A stretch of 64,000 bases of DNA from Stegostoma tigrinum. Its lineage: Eukaryota. Positions 26,294-39,312 of the stretch are shown piece by piece (the stretch's first letter is position 1; each line of letters starts with the position of its first letter). The stretch spans positions 36,784,728-36,848,727 of the forward strand of contig NC_081370.1 of the NCBI RefSeq assembly GCF_030684315.1, read 5' to 3'. Below the pieces are notes generated by a model. It had not been told where the DNA came from and did not search any database. It saw only the letters and a list, made by a program, of their open reading frames with translations. Made by a program: the position numbers and the translations under genes.

Positions 26294-27449
26294 GACTGGA
26301 TATTTTTCCATTTTCCCTCCTTTACTCAAAATTCACCAATCACCAGTCTCCACCAGCTCCAAAGATTTTCACTTTTGGATGTATTTTGTTTATGTCAACA
26401 ACAAGTACACTGGAAAAATACTTCTTTGGCTGTAAAGTGCTTTGGGATGATCTGAGAGAATGCAGGCAATTGTAGAAATTAAAGTTTGGTTTTTTTAAAT
26501 TTTAGAATCCTGCTGTTCATTTACAAATCCTTAGTTTCTCCGAATATGAAAATTTTACAGTAAAGAAGGAGACCATTCACCCTATTATGCCTGTTCCAGA
26601 TCTTTGGAAGAGCTATCCAATTAATCCCAGTCCTCTGTTTCTCCTCTGCAAATTTCACTTCCTTCAAGTAATTGTCCAATTTTCTTTTGAATAATATGAC
26701 TGAATTTATTTCTAACTCTTAACTTCTAACTGTTTCTGATTTACAGCATCCGCAGTTCTTTCAGTTTTCAAACAATTCATCAGTCTGTCTCACACCATGC
26801 TGACAAGCAACTGATAATTATTGGAGACTTTCTATTGTGCATTTCTTATGTCTCTCTTCCCCTTCCCGTCCAAACATCTCCATCCCCTGCCCCACCTCTC
26901 AATTATATAATCACCCAGAACAGGCAAAAAAGCAAAAAGACCCAGACCCAAGCATGAAAAGCAAACAATTTCTCACAAATTCTCTCAAGAAATCAAAACA
27001 AAATCCTGGAGATCACATTGTCTAAGCATTACCTATCAATTCAACTAAGTTTGCCAGAGTAGATCTCTCCGCTAGTCAGGAATTGGATGAAGTCCTTCTT
27101 GAAGCTGTAGAGAGAGTCAGCATCAGCTTCCATCCTATTCCAAACATTCATTATTCCTTGAGAAATGTTGAACTGCTCAACATCCAATGTATTTGTGCTT
27201 TTGCACCCTCACCCTACCCCTATTGCAGCTGTTTGCACATTTGTAGGCCTGCCTATCTGAATATAGCAATAGGCATAAGTGTATCAAAATAACAATCTCG
27301 ACAGTCTAGAAAAAGAAGATAGCAGCATACACATATAGGAATGCCATTACCTGCAAGTCCGTCTCCAAGCTGCACACAATCCTGATTTGGTGCCATTCCT
27401 TCACTGCCACCAAGCAAACATCCTGGGGCTTGCTCATATGCAGCAAATA

Positions 27450-29090
27450 TCTGACTCATTGTTTTATTCCCCAAAATACCCTAGATTTGGAGAAGACTCC
27501 ATTAGACTGGAAAATAGCAATTGTAAACTAAGATAATAAAGTGTGAAGCTGGATGAACACAGCAGGCCAAGCAGCATCTCAGGAGTACTAAAGCTGACGT
27601 TTCAGGCCTAGAAATGTCAGCTTTTGTGCTCCTGAGATGCTGCTTGGCCTGCTGTGTTCATCCAGCTTCACACTTTATTATCTTGGATTCTCCAGCATCT
27701 GCAGTTCCCATTATCTCTGAAGCAATTGTAAACTCTTTTATTTAAAAGGAGAGGGAGACATAAAGCAGGAAACAACAGGCCAGTTAGTTTTAATCCGTAA
27801 TTCGGGCAATGTTAGAAGCTATTTTTAAAGATATTATAACAGGGTACTGAGAAAAATTCAAGGTGAGCAGGCAGAGTCAACATGGTTTCGTGAAAGGATT
27901 TAACCAATTTATTGTAGTTCTTTGAGGAAATAACTTGCGTTGTGGATAGAGGGGAACCAATAGATTTACCATCTTTGGGTTTCCAGAAACCATTTGATTA
28001 GGTGCTACTTAAGAGGGTCTTGCAGAAAATAAAAATTAATTGCATATAAGGTAACATATTGGCATGGATAGAAGATTGACCTGCTAACAGGAAACAGAGA
28101 GTTTCCAGTTGATAAGATGTAATAAGTAGTGTGCCACAGGGATTTACAATTTATATAAATGACTTTGTAGAGAATAACTAAAGAATGCTTAGTAAATTTG
28201 TTGATGACCCAAATATGAATAGGCAAGTAAGTCATGAGGAGTACATGGGAGGCTATAAGGGGATATAGCTAGATTGAGTGAGGTGGCAAAGGTCTGGCAC
28301 AAAGTATAATGTGGGATAAGATGGAATTGTCCATTTCTGCAAGAAGAATAAAAAGGAAGTATATTATTTAAGTAGAGAAGGATTGCACAGCTCTGAGATG
28401 TAGAGAGATCTGGGTATCCTATTGTATGAATTGCAAAAGGTTAGACAGGGTACAGCCAATAATTAGGAAGGTTAACAGATTTTTTATTTAATACAAGAGA
28501 AATTGAATAAGAGGGTGGTTATACTCAGTCATAAAGGGCATTGATGAGAGCTCGTCTGTGTAGTATTGGTCAACTTACATAAGCAAAGATTTAAATGAAT
28601 TTTGGAAACAGTTGAGAGAAGGTTTATTAGAATCATAACTTGAAATGGAATTGACTTATGAGAAAAGGTTGGAAAGTCTAGCTCTGTATCTGTTGGAGTT
28701 TAGAGCAGTAAGAGGCAACTTAACAGAAGCATTCAAGAGTCTGAGGATGCTTGACAGAGTATCATGGAAAGGACTTTCCCTCTTGGTTTGTCATAATTTA
28801 GAACTAAGGGTCATTGTTTAAAAATAAGTGGTTGCTTGTTCAAGACCAAGAAAAGGAGTTTTTTTAACAGTTTCATGAGTCTTTAGAAGACCTTACCTCA
28901 AACGCCAGTGGAAGGAGAGTCTTTGCATATTCTCAAGGTAGAGGTAGATGGATTTCTGATAAGCAAGTGATAAGGATTATCGTGGGTAGGTGGGATCATG
29001 GACTAATCTAATCTTATTCAATGATCTTATTCATTACAGGAACAGGTATGAGGGGCTGAGTTGTCTACGCTTGGTCCTATTTCATATGGT
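27450..29090 (+). mobile_element. Decayed CR1 LINE (RT region to 3' end)
   Basis: DWKIA.V, SQHGFVKG, FQKPFD.V and KFVDD motifs, with many stops. Confidence 0.75.
27530..27720. mobile_element. About 190-bp palindromic PLE family A derivative (MITE-like)
   Basis: Near-perfect inverted arms centred on gctgacgtttcaggcctagaaatgtcagc; 14-bp TSD agcaattgtaaact at 27516-27529 and 27721-27734. Confidence 0.88.
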
Positions 29091-32000
29091 CGCCTCCAAT
29101 AATTAACAGTTTCTGGACATCATAATGTGAGACAGACTGAATTACCTGTTTATTTTCTATGTTCCCAAAATAGGGATTAGATGGTATAGTGTATCACTTT
29201 CCTATGATCACAGTGATTGCATGAATGGAATACCCAGGGCACCATGAACAATTTGTAATATTGCCTTTCATACAGATATCTAGACAAACCTGTTAGATTA
29301 ATAACCTTAACTCACCATATGGTGGTGCCAGGACCTTAGAAATTAATGCAATAAAAGCCCATCGGAAGTACTACTCTGCACCAACTACAACAGTTGAAGT
29401 GGTGGCTCACAAATACCTTCTCAGGGTGATGTATGTTGATCTGGTCAGTAAGATCCACATGTTGTGAATAAATTACAAAATGATAATACGAGCATTTCTG
29501 GAGCACAAGGCACGCTGCCTTGTTTCTCTTGGTATAGAAGTGGCATGTTCAAAATACCCTGTCTCTTAGTAAGAGAAAAATGGGAGGCCGTAATTTGTCA
29601 GAATTACAACAAGACAGAAAGCGGAGAAGAAAATATCTGTGAGAAAGACGGCCTTTCCTCAGCTGGGGTCAGAGTGCATTCAACTGGGTAAGCCAGCCTG
29701 TTGATCCTGATTATAGTAAATGGGATTAATAGCTACATGCTAACAGCTAGATTGTCTCATCAGCGATGTCGGATCACATGGATTGGGACCAACCCTACCA
29801 TTCCTCAATGCAGAGTGTAAATAATTCATAAATATTCATCAATTATACTATTATAGTGTCCAGCCCTCAACTGTTCCAAGGCTCCCAGCGCCTGCTTGTG
29901 ATATTAATACATTGACTGGCCTACTGTCCTCCTACAGTCCAGTATTTCCTCAGCATTGCCCATCCAAAGTGCCTCACTTTCTCAGTACAGAGGAACAAAG
30001 GAACAGGAGAAGGCCATTCAGCCCCTTCGACCTGTTCCACCATTCAATAAGATCATGGCAGATTTGTGGCCTAACTCCATATACCTATATTTAGCCCATG
30101 ATCCATATACCTTTACTTAATAAAAAATTGTCAATCTCAGATTTAAAATGTACAACTGATAAAATGTGCAGCCCTTCTTCAGAATTGCATCTCACAGCTT
30201 AATCTTCTGCTATTACTGACAGATTTGAAAGCGCAGTACTCAGTTGGTATTACCTATCTGACAGAGCAGTGGTCACCCAGTACGGGCCTCAGACAGGTAC
30301 AGATCTCCCTCAGTATTGACTGAATGTCAGGTTTGATCATGTGCTCAAATCTCTACAGTAGGGATTTGAAAGGATCAGAATAGCCAGGCAAGTTCCCTCC
30401 CCCACACAACTCATCCAAATCCTCAACCTGTTTCAAACAATCTTTTGGCCAACATTTTTTCAACGCTTTCACTCACTCTGTCTGCAGCTGCTCTCTGTGA
30501 GTGCCAGGACCTGGGGCAGTGGGAGAGTTAACATGTCAGGACAAGCTGAAGGAGGCAGCTGGATTTAGTTTAAATCATTTAAAGACTCAATCCTCCAAAG
30601 CCACTGCACATGCAAGAAAATCTTACCATGAAGCAAAGCAACTACAAACTTAAATATTAGCCATGTTTTTTCACCTTTTGACAGCAATTATAAAACACGA
30701 GAACATAAGCACAAGAAGAGGTATTTTAATCCATTGAGACTATTCCACACCACAAAGAGATCCTGGCTGTTTTGTGACATAACAAAATATATTAATCTTT
30801 CCCAATAGTCTACCACTCTGACTTAAAATTAATAATGAATCCAACTTCAAATGCTATTTGCACAGGAATGCCAAATTTCAATGTAAACATGTCAAAGTGT
30901 TTCCTACTTTAATTCCTGAAAGTTCATTCCAAATCTTTAGACTCCGTTGCCTAATCTGACGCAGCAGAGACAGTTTCAATTTATTGATCAATGCCCATTA
31001 ATAACTTGAATATCTTGATCAAAATAATGCTTAAATGTATAAGCACAAGTCTAGTTTTGCATAATATATCTATATGCCATGAGCTTGCAAGACAATTGTC
31101 TGTTTGTCATATATCTTTACTGAACTGCTTATAAAATTGATGCCTGCCATAAGTATCTCATGGTAAAGGTCACATGACTAAGGTTAGTCAGGGGAATGTT
31201 AATACAGTATTGAATTTGTATCCCAGACATTCCCCTTTTCACACAAAGAAATTTGCATGCATTATTGTTTACATTGTGAGTTACCCAAGTTACCAACAAT
31301 GCACACAATTTTTCTCTCACTTTAGCAGATTGATACTCTCATTAATGTCTGCACATGCATGACACACATTACTTTTTAAATCATGCTGGTCTCTTAATGC
31401 TATGTGTGTATGTTGTCTTTGGCTGTTCATCTGAGTGATGTTTCTTCTCTGGGGATTGTTGTTCCAATGTCACTTGTTGTGGCAATACATATTGTTGCTG
31501 GGATATTGTGGAACTCTGGACTTGGCGGTTAATCGGTAGTAAGTGCAAATGGCCACTTGCAGTGATGGAACAGCCGCTCCAGTTGTGCATGTGCAACTGT
31601 GCTTTTGCGATGGCATATGTGGATGACTGGTAAACAGTGATGCGCCAGAATCTTCTGCTGATATCTCGCCAGCATGGGTCTGTAGCTGTTTGTTGTGCCT
31701 CCTTCTAGTCAAACACTTACGTATAAAATGATTTGTTTCCATGCAGTAAGAATACTGCTTCTCCAATGTTGGACTTGCCTCCTTTTCCTTTGATGAAGGC
31801 CTTTACAATATTTACGTCCTACCTTTTGTTCATGATATTACTGCCCTAGCAGCCTGGAATGATAATGCACATCTTGGGCTGTCCTGCCATGAATATGTTC
31901 CAGTTGCTGATTTACAGCCACGTCACTTCTGCACATCAATTGCTTTCTTGGGAGTTAGTTTCTCCTCTCTCAATAGACATGCCATTACTGTAGGATCTCC

Positions 32001-32665
32001 TACGCCTAACACTATGCTGTATCTAATTAGATTCTTTAGTCATGCAATCACAGGATTCTGTCAGTGCAGCTACATATTGATCAATGGATGGTTTTTTGAC
32101 TTGGAAACTAATATTCATCAGTTAGATTCACTTGGAATTCAGAGTGTGCTTTTCAAAACTTCCGGCGGTTCAGAACTTTTTTGTGTTCTTTGGAGCAATT
32201 TAGGATGGAATAGATTCAAAAACAGTCTGTTCTCAAAAGTGATAAAAGTATAGATGTCTGGCTTGTTAATTAAATCTGTTGCAATCTTGAAATTTAGCCA
32301 TTGTGCATGGAAAAACTGCCAACTCTGTTTCATATCACTTTTCATTTAGGCCACACCAGGAAAAGAAAGTTTGCAGCCTTTGGGTCTAACCTAGTGCTTT
32401 CAGCTACATCTTGCTTCTTGTTTTTCTTTCCCTGTAGCTTTCAGCAACTCTAAATATTCCTATGTTCTTCTTTTAGTAGCTGTGCTTCTACATAGTTCTT
32501 CAACAGTTAATCACAGTTCCATTCTGACCTCCTGTTACAAACTTATAGATCAATAGACCACCTTGGATAGTGAATGTAATTTACTGTCTTTAAGATAGAT
32601 ACTTGCAATGCATATCTCCTGGTAGAGGTTACATGGCTATGGAAAGCCAGGTAATACTATAGCAT

Positions 32666-33716
32666 AATAATAAAATGTGAGGCTGGATGAACACAGCAGG
32701 CCAAGCAGCATCTCAGGAGCACAAAAGCTGACGTTTCGGGCCTAGACCCTTCATCAGAGAGGGGGATGGGGGGAGGGAACTGGAATAAATAGGGAGAGAG
32801 GGGGAGGCGGACCGAAGATGGAGAGTAAAGAAGATAGGTGGAGAGAGTGTAGGTGGGGAGGTAGGGAGGGGATAGGTCAGTCCAGGGAAGACGGACAGGT
32901 CAAGGAGGTGGGATGAGGTTAGTAGGTAGCGGGGGGTGCGGCTTGGGGTGGGAGGAAGGGATGGGTGAAAGGAAGAACCGGTTAGGGAGGCAGAGACAGG
33001 TTGGACTGGTTTTGGGATGCAGTGGGTGGGGGGGAAGAGCTGGGCTGGTTGTGTGGTGCAGTGGGGGGAGGGGACGAACTGGGCTGGTTGAGGGATGCAG
33101 TAGGGGAAGGGGAGATTTTGAAACTGGTGAAGTCCACATTGATACCATATGGCTGCAGGGTTCCCAGGCGGAATATGAGTTGCTGTTCCTGCAACCTTCG
33201 GGTGGCATCATTGTGGCAGTGCAGGAGGCCCATGATGGACATGTCATCAAGAGAATGGGAGGGGGAGTGGAAATGGTTTCCCCTACTGCATCCCTCAACC
33301 AGCCCAGCTCTTCCCCCCCACCCACTGCATCCCAAAACCAGTCCAACCTGTCTCTGCCTCCCTAACCGGTTCTTCCTCTCACCCATCCCTTCCTCCCACC
33401 CCAAGCCGCACCCCCCGCTACCTACTAACCTCATCCCACCTCCTTGACCTGTCCGTCTTCCCTGGACTGACCTATCCCCTCCCTACCTCCCCACCTACAC
33501 TCTCTCCACCTATCTTCTTTACTCTCCATCTTCGGTCCGCCTCCCCCTCTCTCCCTATTTATTCCAGTTCCCTCCCCCCATCCCCCTCTCTGATGAAGAG
33601 TCTAGGCCCGAAACGTCAGCTTTTGTGCTCCTGAGATGCTGCTTGGCCTGCTGTGTTCATCCAGCCTCACATTTTATTATCTTGGAATCTCCAGCATCTG
33701 CAGTTCCCATTATCTC
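32666..33716. mobile_element. PLE family A, large fold-back insertion (about 1.05 kb)
   Basis: A minus-strand copy (32666-~33278) is joined to a plus-strand copy (~33279-33716); 14-bp TSD taatactatagcat at 32652-32665 and 33717-33730. Confidence 0.92.
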
Positions 33717-35159
33717 TAATACTATAGCATTATATTTCTATCCCAAATATTTTTCAAATAGGATTGTAGTTATTTTACCCAATATCTCCTTTTTTAAAAT
33801 TCTGGAATGTGAGCATTATAGTTAAAGTAATCATTTCTGCCCATCCCTGGTTTCCGCTGAACTGATTGATTTTCTAGGCCATTTCAGAGAATAGTTAAAC
33901 TTCAACCATATCCTTTTCATCTTTGTGGGTCTGAAGTCACATGTAGGCCAAACCAGGTAACAACAGAAGATTCCCTTCCCTAAAGGAGATGACTGAACCA
34001 GATTCGCTTTGAGAAGAATAGTTACCTGGTCAGCATTAGATTACTTTTTAATTTCAGATATCATTGAATTCAGATTTCATCATTTTCCACAATGGAATTC
34101 AAACCCATTTCCCAAGAAAAGCTTGGATCTATGAATCACTGGCTCGGTACCATCAGCACTATATCACCACCCACTTTGTGACTCATTAACATACTTTGTT
34201 TTATAATGCTGCTGTGAAGGGGCTTTGTATATTTTCATGTTCAACTCACTATATAAATGGAACAAAACAGAAGTTACTGGAAAAGCTCAGCAAGTCTGGC
34301 AGCATCTGTGAAGAAAAAAATCAGAGTTAACATTTCAGGTCTGGAGACCCTTGCTCAGAATATCAGTTTCAGGTCGGGACCCTTCAACAATCCTGATCCA
34401 AAACGTTGACTCTCCTGCACCTCTGATGCTGCCTGACCTGCTGTATTCCTCCAGCTCCACACTGTTTTTACTCTGACTTCAGCATCTGCTGTTCTGCTAT
34501 GTCCAAGTGACTTAAAACACACAGTGCTGTTAGGAAGAGAGTTTGACCCAGGATGATGAAGGAATGGTGTACATTTCTAAGTCAGGATGGCGAGTAGCTT
34601 GGGCGAGATCTTTCAGGTGGTGGTGGTCGAGTGCATCCTGTAGTTTGTACACACTGCTGCATCTGTGTTTTGGTGCTGAAGGGAGTGAATATTGAAAGTG
34701 GTGATTGAGGTGCCAATCAAGTAAGCTGCTTTGTCCAGGATGATGTTAAGATTGTGCGTTATTGGAACTGCATCCGTCTAGGCAGGTGAAGAGTATTTCA
34801 TCTTACTTGTTATAACCCATTTAATTCACTAGTTCCCTTTAGAAGAGGTAATTCTGCTGTCTTAATGTAGTCTGACCTACATGTGATTCCAGATGTGGTC
34901 GACTCTTAACTGCACTCTTGAATGGCTGAGCAAGCCATTCAGTTCATAGAATCATAGAATCCCTAAAGTGTGGGAACAGGCCACTTGACCATCAAGTTCA
35001 CACTGACTCTCCGAAGAACATCCCACCCTGACCCACCTATCTACTCTATCCCTGTAAGCCTGCATACCCCAAGGCTAATTCACTGAATCTGCACATTCCT
35101 GGACACTATGGGCAATTTAGCATGGCCAACTCACCTAACCTGTGCAACTTTGGACTGTG

Positions 35160-36499
35160 AGATAGTAGGAACTGCCGATGCTGGAGTCTGAGATAACAAG
35201 GTGCAGAGCTGGATGAACACAGCAGGCCAGGCAGCATCAGGCAGCAGGAAAGCTGATGTTTCGGGTCTGGACCGTTCTTCAGAAATAGGGGAGGGGAAGG
35301 GGGCTCTGAAATAGAGAGGGGGGAAGGCAATGATGGAAGGTGGATAGAGGAGGGATAGGTGGAGAGAAGACAAACAGGTCAAAGAGATGGCGGTGAAGCC
35401 AGTAAAAGTGAGTGTAGGTAGGGAGTTGGGATGGGGGTTGGTCAGTGAGGAGGGAGGAGCGGATAGGTGGGAGGGAAGATGGACAGGTCAAGGAGGCAGG
35501 GATGAGGCTAATAGTTAAGAAGTGGGATGGGGGTTGGTCAGTGAGGAGGGAGGAGCGGATAGGTGGGAGGGAAGATGGACAGGTCAAGGAGGCAGGGATG
35601 AGGCTAATAGTTAAGAAGTGGGATGGGGGTTGGTCAGTGAGGAGGGAGGAGCGGATAGGTGGGAGGGAAGATGGACAGGTCAAGGAGGCAGGGATGAGGC
35701 TAATAGTTAAGAAGTGGGATGGGGGTTGGTCAGTGAGGTGGGAGGAGCGAATACGGTGGGAGAAAAGATGGACAGGTCAAAAGAGATGGAGACAAGATGG
35801 GCTGGTCTTGGGATGAGGTCGGGGGTGGGGAGATTTTGAAGTTTGTGGAGTCCACATTGACACCATTGGGCTGCAGCATTCCCAAGTGGAATATGAGGTA
35901 CTGTTTCTGCAGCCTTGCGGTGGCATCGTTGTGGCACTGGAGGAGGCCAGGATGGACATGTTGTCCAAGGAGTGGGAGGGGAGTTGAAGTGGTTCGCGAC
36001 TGGGAGGTGTTGTCATTTGTCATGCACCGAGTGTAGATGCTCCACAAAGCAGTCTCCAAGCCTCCACTTGGTTTCCCTGATATAGAGGAGGCCACATCGG
36101 GAACAGTGGATACAATATACCACATTAGCAGATGTGCAGGTGAACATCTGATTAATGTGGAAGGTTTTCTTGGTGCCTAGGATGGATGTGAGGGGGAGAT
36201 GTAGGGGCAGGTGTAGCACTTCCTGCGGTTGCAGGGGAAAGTGCCAGAGGTGGTGGGGCTAGTGGGGAGTGTGGAGTGGATGAGGGAGTCAGGGACAGAG
36301 CGGAAGGCAGATAAAGGTGAGGAGGGAAATATATCGTTGATAGTGGGGTCAGATTGCAGGTGGCAGAAGTTGCGGAGAATGATGCGTTGAATCTGGAGTT
36401 GATGGGGTAATAGTGAGGACAAGGGGAATTCTGTCCTTGTTGCTATTGTGGGGAGGGGTGTGAGAGCTGAGGTGCTGGAAATTGCGGTCCTTGCAAAAG
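35160..36499 (-). mobile_element. Penelope-like element (family A-related), frameshifted GIY-YIG region
   Basis: GTFPCNRRKCYTCP and VVYCIHCSRCGLLYIRETK; TSD tttggactgtg at 35149-35159 and 36500-36510. Confidence 0.88.
35428..35740. repeat. 96-bp tandem repeat, about 3.2 copies, inside the PLE 3' UTR
   Basis: gtcagtgagg recurs at 35441, 35537, 35633 and 35729. Confidence 0.95.
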
Positions 36500-36936
36500 T
36501 TTGGACTGTGGTAGGAAGCGAGTACCCATAGGAAACCCGTATAGACACACAGAGCATGTACAAACTCCACACAGACAGTCGCCCAAGGATTGAATTGAAT
36601 CCAGGTCTTTGGCACTGTGAGACAACAGTGCTAACCACTGAGCCACCATGCCATCTTCTTCATATCTTCATATAGGTCACTATGCCACCCTGGTTCAAGG
36701 ACAATTAGGAATAGGTAACAATTGCTCACCTTACCAGTGACACCAATAGCCCATGAATTAATAAAACAGACTTATATTTATATAATTCCTTTCACAAGTA
36801 TGGGACATCCCAAAGTGCTGCTTCACAGCCAATTAATTATTTTTGGAATATAGCATCCACTTTAGCATAGGAAACACGACAATTTGTGCACAGCAAAATT
36901 TCACAAAAGCTAATGCGTCAATGATGCTGTAACTCT

Positions 36937-39312
36937 TATACGTCGGATGGATGAGTTTTCGTCCAAGGCATGCAGGAGCGTTTCCCGACACAGTATGTCG
37001 AAGGGCCGACAAGAGGGGAGGCCACACTAGATCTGGTACTTGACAATGAACCAGGCCAGGTGTTTGATTTAGTGGTAGATGAGCACTTTGGAGAGAGTGA
37101 CCATAATTCGGTTACGTTTAGTTTAGCAATGGAATGGGAGAGGAACATGCCACAGGGCAAGAGTTACAGATGGGGGAAGGCAATTATAATTGGGCAAGAC
37201 TTACGAGGCAAAAAATCGGGTAGCCAAATGCAGGGGATGGGGACAATTGAAATGTGGAGCTGGTTTAAGGAACAGATATTGTGTGTCCTTGATAGGTATG
37301 TCCCTGTCAGGCAGGGAGGAAGTGATAAGGTAGGGGAACCGTGGTTTACTAAAGAAATTGTATCTCTTGTTTGGTGGAAGAGGGAGGCTTATGTGATGTT
37401 AAGATGAGATGGGTCAGTTGATGCGATGGAGAGTTACAGGTGAGCAAGGAAGGATTTAAAGAGAGAGTTAAGAAGAGCAAGGAGGGGTCCTGAGCAGTCA
37501 TTCGCAGGTAGGATAAAGGAGAGCCGTAAAGTTTTCTAAAGGTATGTGAGGAATATAAGGATGACTGGGGTAGGAATAGGGCCAATCAAAGACAGAAGTG
37601 GGAAGTTGTGTGTGGACCAGGTAGAGATCGGAGAGGTGCTAAATGAATATTTCTCATCTGTTTTCACTGAGGAAGAGGAGAATATCATCGAGGAGACGAC
37701 TGAGATACGTGCTATTAGACTTGAAAGGATTCAGGTTAGTAAGGAGGAGATGTTATCAATTCTAGAAGGTGTGAAGATAGATAAATCCCCTGGGCCTGAC
37801 AGGATTTTTCCGAGAATTCTCTGGAAAGCTAGGGAGGAGGTGGCGGAGCCCTTGGCTTTGATCTTTGAGTCCTCATTGTCTACAGGTTTAAAACCAGAGG
37901 ACTGGAGGATTGCAAATGTTGTGCCCTTGTTCAAGAAGGGCAGTAGAGATGACCCACGCAATTACAGCCAGTGAGCCTTACGTCTGTTGCAGGAAAAGTT
38001 TTGGAAAGGGTTATAAGAGATAGGATTTATAATCATCTCGGAAGCAACAATTTGATTGGAGATAGTCAACATGGATTTGTCAAGGGCAGGTCGTGTCTCA
38101 CAAACCTCATGGAGATTTTGAGGAGGTGACCAAGCATGTGGATGAGAGAAGGGCAGTTGACATAGTGGACATGGACTTCAGTAAAGCCTTTGATAAAGTT
38201 CCACATGGTAGGCTATTGGAGAAAATACGGAGCCATGTGATTGAGGGAGATTTAGCAGTTTGGATTAGAAACTGGCTTTCGGTAAGAAGGCAACCAGTGG
38301 TGGTTGATGGAAAATATTCAGCCTGGAGTCCAGTTACTAGTGGTGTGTCTCAAGGATCTGTTTTTGGCCTACTGCTGTTTGTCATTTTTGTAAATGACTT
38401 GGACGCAGGCATAGGTGGATGGGTTATTAAGTTTGCAAATGACACTAAAGTCGGTGGAGTGGTGGACAATGTGGAAGAATGTCGCAGGTTGCAGGGAGAC
38501 TTGGATAAAGTGCAAAATTGGGCAGAAAGGTGGCAAATGGAGTTCAATGCGGATAAATGTGAGGTGATTCACTTTGGGAGGAATAATAGGAAGGTACAAT
38601 ACTGGGCCAATGGAAAGATTCTTGGTAGTGTGGATGTGCAGAGGGACCTTGGGGTCCATGTACATAGATCTCTGAAAGTTGTCACCCATGTTGATAGTGC
38701 TGTGAAGAAGGCATACGGTGTGTTAGATTTTATTGGTAGAGGGATTGAGTTCCAGAGCTGTGATGTCATGCTGCAACTGCACAAAACACTCGTGCGACCT
38801 GTTCTGGTCGCTCCATTGCAGGACGAATGTGGAAGCATTGGAAAAGGAGCAGAGGAGATTTACCAGGATGTTGCCTGGTCTGGAGCGAAGGTCTTATGAG
38901 AGAAGGCTGAGCGACTCGAGTCTGTCCTCATTGGAGAGAAGAAGGCTAAGAGGGCCTTTAATAGAAACATACAAGACGATCAGAGAAAGATGAGTCAAGG
39001 TGGATGGTGAGAGTCTTTTTCCTAGGATGATGATGTTGGCTTGTACGAAGGGGCACAGCTACAAATTGAGGGGTGATGGATTTAAGAAAGATGTCAGAGG
39101 CAGGTTCTTTACCCAGAGAGTGGTAAGGGTGTGGAATGCCCTGCCTGCCAATGTAGTTAACTCAGCCACATTCAGGGCATTTAAACAGTCCTTGGATAAG
39201 CATATGGATGATGATGGGATAGTGTGGGGGAATGGGCTTAGATTAGTTCACAGGTTGGCGCAACATCGAGGGCCGAAGGGCCTGTTCTGCACTGTATTTT
39301 TCTATGTTCTAT
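36937..39312 (+). mobile_element. CR1 (HER1-type) LINE, about 2.4 kb 5'-truncated ORF2 with frameshifts
   Basis: PTRGEATLDLVL and GESDHNSV (APE end); KSPGPD, DWRIANVVPLFKKG, MDFSKAFDKVPH, GVSQGSV, KFANDT (RT); ttctatgttctatg tail. Confidence 0.95.

Larger units (their letters stand above)
34944..36653 (-). mobile_element. tRNA-derived SINE (HE1-like) with a CR1-type tail, split by a Penelope insertion
   Basis: tRNA-like head at ~36590-36653 (GGTGGCTCAGTGGTTAGCACTG...GGATTCAATTC); body resumes at 35159 and ends in the GATTCTATGATTCTATG tail. Confidence 0.8.

Noticed and set aside
25811-26455. 214-aa and 130-aa ORFs
   Set aside because: Artefacts of translating through the N gap.
35428-35740. 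CRISPR-like array
   Set aside because: Direct tandem units without unique spacers, in eukaryotic DNA.
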